The notes under the pieces were generated by a model. That model saw only the letters and a program-made list of their open reading frames with translations. It made no database searches and was not told the origin of the DNA. DNA of 64,000 bases from Tubulanus polymorphus (Eukaryota > Animalia > Nemertea), in contig NC_134029.1 in NCBI RefSeq assembly GCF_964204645.1, positions 10,008,850 through 10,072,849 on the forward strand, in the 5' to 3' direction. Shown piece by piece: positions 54,075-64,000 of this stretch (positions are counted from its first letter, which is position 1; every line of letters starts with the position of its first letter). The translations under genes and the position numbers were made by a program.

Positions 54075-54570
54075 ATCTTTGAATGTCAGCGGTGAACTTG
54101 TGTTTCGCCCCGCGCCAAAAAATAAGTTGCGATAACAGAATAAGCCGCAGTTTATGCGCACCTAATCAATCTTGCGTACCACTCAAGAACTGGCGTTCTT
54201 CCGCTGGTGAATATTGTTTTTCTGTTCCACTTGGTCAATCGTCAGACTAGCTAGGCCCAAAGGTAAAGCTAACAGTTGGCCTTAAGGTTTAGTCAGTCAG
54301 GCAGATCAGCAGACAAAACAAGCTTTATTTCAACGGAATTTATTTGTTTAGCATGTTAGGCCTAATTGACAAAAAGCCATGTAGGATCGATACGGTACAG
54401 ATGTTTATTGAGGTTAATTTCTTAATAATCTTTGGCCAATTTCGTTAAAACCCCAACTTAAAGTCCGCAAAAAACTCGTTGATTTTTATCGTCCCTTGAT
54501 TTCGAGTAGAGAGGAGTCTATCTACTGTACATTATATCCACAATACAGAAGAAGTGGACATCATATCATA

Positions 54571-54656
54571 TTAGTCACCACCAGGAATTGGTGGGTTAAA
54601 AACACTTTTACCAAACGATTTTATAACATTCTCGTAACTTTTCTTCCGTAAATTCT
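54571..54656 (-). pseudogene. Degenerate copy of the Ly6 penultimate exon
   Basis: After tctttggcag|, GAAGAAAAGTTACGAGAATGTTAT matches the intact exon's GAAGACAAGTTACGAAAATGTTAT at 22/24 nt (EEKLRECY vs xDKLRKCY). An in-frame stop follows, then a CCTGGTGGTGACTA remnant of CCGTCTGGTGACTA. Confidence 0.5.
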
Positions 54657-57600
54657 GCCAAAGAATGAATCAAGATTTTGAACATCCTTCGCACGGCCAT
54701 AAATGATAACACCCGTTTGTCGCACGGTCGTTTCATCGCGCGCCACAAATGAGTACGCGTAGCCTTTTCGACCTCGCTTAGGAGTGCTCTAGAGCCTGTC
54801 TACGACCACGTGTTTCCAGGATGAATGCGATAGCAACGGGGAGCTAACGCGATGATTCACGCGCTTGTATCGACCCATACATCAACTCTATCGGCTTTAC
54901 ATTAATATAATACGCTATACAGTGTGCAACGCTGGACGGTAGGGAGGATTAGTACATTTTCGCTGTTTGTTCGCTCAGGACGTAAGTGTGTAATTCGTGA
55001 ATTTTACCAAAAAACACTGGCTCAGAATTGCCATCCTAAAATGTCGTATATACATGAAGTTAGATTTAATGAATTAAGTTAAATGTACTACAGTATAGGC
55101 CTACAACAGGCGAGGTTTAGATTAGATAAACCATGCTCCTAGAATCTACTAGTACTAGGCCTACTTTAGGCGCTATTGCACTTTCGTACCCCCTCCCAAA
55201 ATTTTTTATTTCTGTATATTATTAATCAGGGAGGTCTGTAGAGTAAAAATAAATTACTTTTGACAAAAAAATTAATTTTTTCCTAGCAAAAATTCTGATA
55301 ATTTGGGGCAGATTTCCTCGATTCAAACCAATTGACCTCTTAAAATGTCGTAGTAAAATACAACAAATTGACAGGGAATATGGGCGAAGTTTGAATGAAA
55401 CATACTCATGTAGACTAGTGTCTGTCAGACTAAATTTTCCTGGAAACTAAGAAGGATGGGCCGTCGATTGTGTGGTTTAAGCTTCGCCTACTCACTGGAA
55501 TATAATAGGGTCTGAAAGGAATGAATTATAATATTCTTAAGAAGTTTAGTTTTCATATAAATTACGTGCACATGTAAGCTTACGATGTAAATCTTTCTGA
55601 CCTGATGCCCATTTGATGATGAATGCTCGATGTTTTTAATGTAGGCCTACTTAAGTATAAAAGGGCCTAGATATAGATTTCCAAATACCACAATGTGTGG
55701 CACTATACCTCGATTTAGAAAAAAATCCGCTTTAGATTAAATGATAATTGATCGTTTTAAAAAGTTACTATAAAAACCGTATTTTAGAGGATTTTATCAT
55801 ACAGGATCATTCAATTAATTCGTTCAATACACTATTAAATTACGGGGTCGGTGGAAAGAGGTGCGTGCGAACTATTTTTTATGCAATATTTGGGCATCAT
55901 GGGGAAAATCAAATCATAGATTTTCATATGGTATGATAACCCATGTGATACCCTTGGGGTATGATGGAGGGCCTGATCTGTGTTGAGGTATGCGGTCGTG
56001 CTAGAGTAATCGGGAGGGAGGGATGCTGTTTTTACGCACCCTGTTCTGACTTTTATGTTACAGCTGTAAAAGAACAAGAAGCCGGTCTGCATAGGGAGGT
56101 GGCACACGAAGTAAATCGACAACGGCAGCAACAACAATACTTTCTTGTTGTTTTCTTTTTTTGATTTGATGTTATTTATATAATAAACGTCGTTTCACCT
56201 CCAGGTACCGCCGTTATTTAGTTTTGAGTATAAAGCGCTTCGTACGTGTTAATGAAACTGGAAGGATGATGAGATTTTATTTATAGGATCACAACACAGG
56301 TATACACACAGGGTACACGGGGAGTTGTTTTTACGTTACCTCCGGTGAACGGCAGTAATTAAATGTTATCGTGTTTACGTGCTAATTGAATGATCCCACC
56401 GATGATTAAAACGATCTAAAATGTACATTTTTATTGAAACTCGTTCAGTTATATTGATAGAAATCCGTTTTGTCTTATCGCCAATGAATATTTCAACTGC
56501 ATCAAAAGCATTTATCCCGCACACATCCCGAAACACAACGTGATCACACTTTCTTCTGTTTTTCTCTCATTTCGGTACGAAGTGTTTTCCATCCTGATTC
56601 ACGGCCGTTGCACCATTTAAAAGATGAAAATAGTTACCCTCGTGACTTATTTTTGGAATAAGGCTTTTCATTACTCATTTTTTAAAATAGGTAAGATAGA
56701 AGAACCTGCCTCTCTCGTCACCTTTCCTAAAAAGGCCTGATGAGAAACGAGGGTATTTTTTGCGTGGCCATATAATCGTTTTACAAATCCCCTTGTCACC
56801 CATATGAAAGAGAGCCGAAAATGATAATCGGAATTTCAGGAGACCCATACAGTCCAATATACTTTACTTATCAAAAATAACGACTACATGATGCCAATAT
56901 ACCTGAATTCTTCACGCATGTAGTTCGCCGAGGTAGGCCTACGTAATGATAAGCGAAACCCATGATTACATTGTCCACAATGGCTGTAAGTCGGCATTCA
57001 TTACAATGCAGAGATGTAACTTGGATGTAAGTCCACAAAATTCTTCAAATAAGGTGAAAAAAAGATACCCACCTTTTCAAAGGAATGCAAGTACATGTAG
57101 ATACAAAGTTGAATTAGATTTATTCATATCTATATATTCAATTCATTCATATTGTACAATGCTGTATAACATAATGATGTGCACACAAATTATGGTACAA
57201 TTTGAATTAAAAGATACTACAGATTAACAGCTCATTGATACCTAATTAACCTAAAAGTTGCACATCTCAAATACATTTTCATAGCGCAAGTTAAAAAGAG
57301 TTAATCGCACAGTTCAAATATTGTATTACATTAGCTTGAATTAAGAATATTTCTTTAAATTAAAAGTTCAATATTTTTAATCATTTAACGTATCGCACAG
57401 TGATATACCACAAGTTACAAAGATTTCACAGTTCAAAAATAATCCAGTTCGAATCACAAATAAAAAAGTTCATTAATTCTACTGATTTTAAGGGTGTATT
57501 CAATAATTTGTCGCAACCAAAGATTTCATTGCGCAGTCATATACAAATTGCAATATATTCCATTATTGTAGTTTTATTGCAGATGAATAAAATTTGAGAA

Positions 57601-60600
57601 ATATGTTGCTTTAAAATGTTATCGATAAATCGCCTAGAGTTGGGATTGCTACCTACATTCGAACATTGACGTAGATAAGTTCTACTGAACTGTTTGTTCC
57701 TCGGATCTTTCTTGAAATAGTTGAATGGCCTTGCCCTGAAAAACTAGTTTGAGTTATGAACGACCTCGTGCTAAAATCCTATATCGTGATCGTAGCGTGT
57801 GCTGTGTATAACCTAGATAGTGAAGCTGTGTAGCAGCTTTTCGAAATGCATGAAAAGGAAAACCTATATGATGTTGTCGCTCCCTATAAATGGATAAAAA
57901 TACTTTAACTGCGATATCTATTTAACGTCGCTCCCTATGATTAGATACACGTGTCAATAAATTGATATTATCAACTTCAAATTGGTATGAGGGCTCGTTT
58001 ACATTTTAAACAATTAGACGAGAAGTTTGAAATATTTATGTATATACATATTGGTGTTGAATGCGTGTATAGGCTCGGTTAAAGTGCACGAGAGATATAG
58101 TATTATGTGGGAAATTGAATGTGAAACTATTGAAAGCGACTTAACAAAAGGGGTCCCAGAAAATAGTCATGGTGACACAAGAGAATGGATGGATGGTTTG
58201 TATATTGAGTAAATTGGAGGGGTGTTAGCATGAAGATCGTGAACGCTATAGCGTTCCTAACGACAGACTAAAGGGGTGGGCAGGTAGCGGCGAAATAAGA
58301 TAATCCCACTATAGGAAGCCATAGCGTAAGCTGGAAGGCTACTTTTTGATCCGTTAGTAACGGAGTGCGTTGCATCTACGAGCAATTATCTGGTTCAGAT
58401 AATAGATCGTAGATTGTATATAGCATGGACGTTTAAACTACTGCAAATAGTCGTTAATATCATTCTAATCTGTAATAGCGAAATAGATCTCCACAAATAA
58501 TTCCTGCTTATTCAAATGTAAAATTTTCAATAGCACTATAAAAATATATAGACTTAGATAGAATTTACAATTACATGTATTTAGTGTTCGGCGTACCGGG
58601 AGTTAAGCCGGTAATTCCACACATTCAAGATGGCACCAACAAGATAGTTCACGTTCTGAAATAGGAGCGCTCCGTACGTTGGCATTTCCGACAACCTCTT
58701 TCTACCATGTCGAGGATCACTGTAGCGGTACCTGTCATTACAGGTTAGAATCCAAACATTGCAATACCTTATTTAGATTTTCTGTAACCCCCTTCCTGTA
58801 TACGCTATCCGTGCAGAAAACCCACCCTCGCTGTTTCGCTGCTAAAATGTATTTATTTACTCTTTTCCAGCCGATTCCTTCACCAATAATGCAACTTCTT
58901 TCAAATTCTACCAAATACACGCTTTGTCAAATTTGTGAAAAATGTAGTAATCTGAAAGCGCTATTTTAAATTCCCTAAACCCAAGTAAATAAATCGGTAT
59001 TAATTTTTGCTTAAACGCATAGCGCACCCTTAAACCGGCATAAAATGTCTGAACCGTACTGTATGTTGATACAGTATTTATCTCGATGGCGTAGTGTAGA
59101 CTAACAGTTTACTTGTTCAAGGATACATCAATTTCTTCTTCATACGGAAATTCTGCTTTCTTGGAACTCACTGTAATTGGAGGTCATTTCATATGATAAT
59201 TAAACATTATATTGCTTAAAATGAAAGCGACTAATTAATAGATAGGTCGCTTAAATATCCCGGCACCGACGGCTCAACGTAAAAACGCCTCTTGGAAGCA
59301 TGTCAACCCCGTGAATGCGTTAAATGTTCAATTTTTGTATGGGTACTAACTTGTTTGTTCCTCCTATTTACGGCTGTTAAATGGTACACGTACCAGTTTA
59401 TTGACGCGTATTGCCGATTCATTCATGTAAGCAACAATGAATCGTCATTGAATTTATATGTGAAGGTAAATGAAGTTCGCTTGGACAAGGTCAAATCATA
59501 GAAACGATTATTCGGTGAGAAAATGAAACGGCCAAAAGCGTTGGGGGAAAGCGCATTTAAATGAGGTGTTGTTCGTAGACCAATGTTTTCGGATGATTCT
59601 GACTATAATTGTGTGCAAGTTGTCCTCTATCCGTAAAATTTGTTCATTATCACTTACCGGGGGTTAATCACTGTTAATGGCGTCTTAAGATGGTACCCGG
59701 CGTTGGGTGTGGTTTCTCAACACCCTTTGGCGTGCAACTAAATTAAATGGTCACAATAATCTTGTAAAATCACATCAAAACAATGGCGTCCCGAGACCCA
59801 TTTTTATAATTAAACCTGTGGCACGAAGATGGCATAGTCATTGAAGTTGAAAGTTACTTATAATTTTAGTTATCCTATTTATTTAGACCTACATTTCTAA
59901 AATATTGAATCATTACTTTATTTACCTGTTCTCTGCATCAGCGCAGATAGATAACTATTCAGTTATAAGCTGGATTTATACAGTTCGACTAAGGGTTTCT
60001 CCGTATATGGCGCCACCAACGATAGCTAAGTACACTTTCCACAATGAGGGTGCTCCGTCCGTAAGCATCTTAAGCATAACCACGTTGACGTAGTGGTGCC
60101 ATTCAGCACATCAGATTCGAATAACCGACCACAACATTTTCAATAAACCCCTTCATTGAGTGTGCATTGTGCAGAAAATCCGTAATCGCTGCTTTGCAGC
60201 TATACCCAATCAATCATTATTATTATCGGTATTATCATGTTTATCAAAAGCAATAGCAAGACGATTTAACTTGGTAGTTATTATATCATTATCAATTTCG
60301 CCCTCAATTTAATGGAGACCGCTTTGGTGGTCTTTGGCTCACGAAGCATCGGGAATTTCCGCACTCATGTTTATCCGAGCTATCTCCGGGAACTGGTGCA
60401 ACGTCAATTTCGTTAGCGGAAAATGATTACGTGTCCCCAAATTAGCACCGAATACAACCACATACAATCTGCTGCAATAATGACTATATTAATAAGCAAG
60501 CGATAGGCATGTGGCTTAGTGGTGGCATGCGGCAGACTCACGGAGGATTCGCAACCCGCAATGCGAGAAAAATTTTCTCTACATACGGTAGACTTCTTTG

Positions 60601-60680
60601 GATTCTCAAAATCCCGCCATTACAACATCATTTGTTTCTATTTATACATTCTAGACTTCTAAGAATTCGCCTCGTTCAAC

Positions 60681-60700
60681 CATGGACTCTAAATTCCATA
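60681..60700. mobile_element. 20-bp collapsed relic of the same micro-element
   Basis: CATGGACTCTAAATTCCATA flanked by GTTCAAC on both sides. Confidence 0.6.
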
Positions 60701-62743
60701 GTTCAACCAATAACTTTCTAAACGGTCAAGACTCTGACTGTCAGATAATTAAACAACTTCGCCTGAAATATCACATGTTCGTTCTCTAGAATGTAACGTA
60801 TGCAGCGGTAAATTAGAGAAACACTATTATTCATCGAAAATCCCTATCATCATAAAAAATAAAAAATAAAAAAAATCATCAGAATCATGAAGAAGGCCTG
60901 GTGGTGGCTTATTGGTGCCTATCTCAAAATGTTATACATAACTGTTGCTATTTAGAATAAACAAAACATGAATATGTATAATTAAAACTAACGATTTAAG
61001 CTTTGTCTGAGCGGAAGCCATCACGTATTCCGCTCATTATCATATATTACTTAATCTATACGGCTTATGCCTAAAACACGGAATATGTTCACATTTAGTA
61101 TCACATATGTATGTGATAAGGTAGAATCCGCCAAACCAAAATAGTCAGGGTGAGTAGGGCCTATTCGTGTGTATATGCGTAAAATCTTGTCACTTCATGT
61201 GTAAAATTACATGCACGCCGAGACGTGAAAGTAACTAAATTTCTATACACGGCGCATGGTCTCTATGGATCCCGGTGTTACCGCTTGGGTACCGATATGT
61301 ATTTATTGTTATGCCACAAAACCGTTTCGATAATGCTCTCGACGAGTTTATTCCACGTCGCCTCGTGATTCACTCATTCCTGATCGCGCCATAGGATTGT
61401 TCGTGTTTTCGAGTCCCTACCGGCTTTGGATTTATGCGTATACGCAGACAGTGAGACTTGGGTAAATATCCGTTATTCTTTGGTTTTGTTATTTGTTCTA
61501 AATGCTACGACAAGCATACGGACTATAATTTTTTGTATCTCATTCGAAATATCATTTACTTTAGAATCGATATGTATGTTGATTTTGAGAATCGGCTCGG
61601 GATAGCGATCGGCATTACGACCAATGGAGATATTATTCGTCTATTTAAACCCTGCGTCATCGGATTCTTACCGACTTGGGGAAATGTTATCCAATTAATC
61701 GCCAGGCTTGAAAAAATTTCGTGGGTCTTTATGTGGAAATATCTCGTCGGTAAATGAATAATGACTTGTCAGCAATGTGAGAAAATTGCCTTTCTGTAAA
61801 ATTTGAGGATTGGAAGATCGAAAAGCGGATCATGAAATGAGTTTTCATAATAAATGTCGCCATTGAAACGTATATAGACGTATGTTAAATAGAAGTTAAC
61901 AGGTGAATTTCGTTTGCGAAATTTTTGATTGTTCATACATTTGATTTGAAATACCGTATACATTTCATTCGTTTAGTAAGTCCGATCCTACTGGTATTAT
62001 AAATGCAATAATCACAACGGTGATCAATGATGGGCCCTAAATTACTAAAATAAGGAAAGTGATCGCTTTTTAAATGCTACGTATGCGTACTTACAATACA
62101 CTTTTAAGAACTGCGAGATAATGCCGACGGTTCATGGAGTTCATATTTAAGCTACATGTATTTTCACTAATGCACCGGAATTAGATCGGGTGGCCTTGCC
62201 ATTCGTGGTACGTTTGTTACTCGGAAAGCTCTGCTTCAAAGAAAGTGAGAATCGAGCATTCTTTTGAGCTTCAGATTTGATATCGAAATTTCGAAACGGT
62301 TAGTTTACCTGTTAGTGTATGATATGCGGTGTGTTTTATGCATCTCGCATTCGCATTTCAGAAGTGTTTACTTAAGAGTGGCGCTGATATCTTGCGTGTT
62401 TTTGGAATTGTTTATGTACCCTCACAAAAGGCTGTTCATTAAGGCTAATGTACACCAGTTTCCATCTTTCTTTTACGCAGTAGATATGTGTTTATCATTC
62501 AAATTGATTAAGTTTTATTTAGAAAAGACTTCTCAAACGAAACGGTGCTGGCTCGTTTACCTTTTGAACTATATCGGGGAATATAAGCCCATTCACGTTC
62601 TGTAATCGCGAGACTTGAAATGCTTGCTGGAATCGAGTCAAGATTTCTCCATTATTTCATGTGCGCACGTCGTAATACACACCATATGTCTGAGTGTAGT
62701 TCTTTTCTCGTTTAGAAAATAACAAGATACTTCACAGATCGAC

Positions 62744-62870
62744 ATGGATCTCGAAAACGTTTTGAGAAAACTGGGTAAATATGGGATTTGGCAGATCGGA
62801 GTTTACGTCATGTGGGCGTTTGCCTTCAATATCCCCTATGTGTTCAACGCTCTCGCGCTAGTTTTTATTG
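62744..62870 (+). CDS. SLC22-family (organic cation/anion transporter-like, MFS) coding exon 1
   Basis: MDLENVLRKLGKYGIWQIGVYVMWAFAFNIPYVFNALALVFI+G|gtaagt; matches the SLC22 N-terminus 'D..L..LG.FG.YQ' plus TM1; 127 nt, phase 1. Not in the ORF track. Confidence 0.88.
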
Positions 62871-63432
62871 GTAAGTATTTCTTTTTACAAAAATATATAT
62901 CGTTGTCTTAACAAATACTAGAATGATATGCCCAGGAATGGATCGCGCAGTTATCGTCGTATTGAGACGAGTTCGGTAGTTTGCAGTGGCGTATTCCAAC
63001 TGGCCACTCACAATTATAGAGAGATAAGGTTTTGTTTTGATATTTTTGAAAATAATTGGAAGTTAAGACAATAAAAGGTGTTTAAGTCGGCGTTAACAAA
63101 GTGATAACTGTTTACTTCTCTTAATATTTATAATAAAATGATAAATGTTTCTGCTGTCTGATAAGAATTTGCCGTTTATTCATAAGATTTTGCATTTTAG
63201 CCCGATGATTATCAACTATCATACAACTCGAGGTCCGTTGTTGATATGTACTATGATAAAAATGTTATTTCATATGTCAGACTTCAGTTCCGCTGGTATT
63301 TGTTGTTCAAGTTCGATGAGATTGAGATTTTGGCTAAGCGCCCAATTTATGAGATTTTATTTTGGTCACTGGGTTGAGATTACTTGACGCAACTATGTGC
63401 AAAATACTTTGAGCATTATTCTGAAATTTCAG

Positions 63433-63617
63433 GGTCTCGACCGATCTCATATCACTGTACTGTTGGCGAAAATGAAACTTTTCTCTTAGAGGGAAATGGA
63501 AAGCCATCGATGTGTTCAATGTATCGAAACTCCAGTTTCGACAACACAACTGTCAGTTGTCAGAACGGTTGGACATACGCGAATCACGAGGAGTTCGGTT
63601 CCACAATTGTCACCGAG
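63433..63617 (+). CDS. SLC22-family coding exon 2 (large extracellular loop); gene continues beyond the right edge
   Basis: tttcag| (G)SRPISYHCTV...SMCSMY...SCQNGWTYANHEEFGSTIVTE |gtacag; the 'C..GW.Y...STIVTE(W.LVC)' SLC22 signature; 185 nt, phase 1-0. Confidence 0.9.
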
Positions 63618-64000
63618 GTACAGTATTTCGGCTGAGAAAATCTGGCCTCACGTCTTCGACGAACTTGCAATAAAGTTCAACCGCCATCGCAATAAACCCC
63701 GATTGGAATGCATTTTTGTATAGGCCCACGCGCCTATTACTGTCACAGCTGTTTATGAAAACATGTTTACATCGTTTTTCACGAAATCCTATGAGCAGTC
63801 TGTAATAACTGATTATACATGATTTATCTATATTGCTGCCAATACAATACAATAGAACTTCATTATTTTTAAGTCTGAAATTTTACAATAACAACATTCG
63901 AGTAAAAGCCAGACAGGTAAAAAATGAAAGTAACATGAAAATCATACAGAATAATAAAATAATAATATTGTGGTTTATATAGCGCTAAATCCAGCGAAGC

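Noticed and set aside
57300-58340. Faint LINE-like coding remnants on the minus strand (similar traces near 11650-11830 and 26000-26400)
   Set aside because: Too degenerate to delimit or classify without alignment.

Overview
AT-rich, intron-containing animal (invertebrate-like) genomic DNA, not prokaryotic; most ORF-track entries are spurious. Three spliced genes were reconstructed by hand. (1) The 5' part of an AMPA-type ionotropic glutamate receptor on the minus strand: 7 phase-compatible coding exons from ATG 43882 down to 1194, 391 codons covering signal peptide plus amino-terminal domain, with a 33-kb first intron; it continues off the left edge. (2) A 10-cysteine Ly6/uPAR three-finger protein with a GPI-type tail on the minus strand (48172-48578), absent from the ORF track and lying about 4.3 kb upstream of the receptor start. 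(3) The first two coding exons of an SLC22-type transporter on the plus strand (62744-63617). The most striking non-coding structure is a family of non-autonomous foldback transposons with TATGG...CCATA termini and exact 6-bp target duplications (CATTGG, GGATAG, ATCTTT), which fits IS3EU-type ends. Their arms are built from palindromic TTTTGGCGC...GCCAAAA units in a 144-bp higher-order repeat around a core with twin ATGCAAAT octamers. They form a nested and inverted 3.8-kb cluster (28670-32510) and a tandemly duplicated cluster (51881-54074). Also present: LINE fragments, Helitron/Helentron-type non-autonomous elements, small MITEs, 20-34 bp micro-elements with 7-bp TSDs and microsatellites. 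All family assignments come from motif recognition only; no searches were run.
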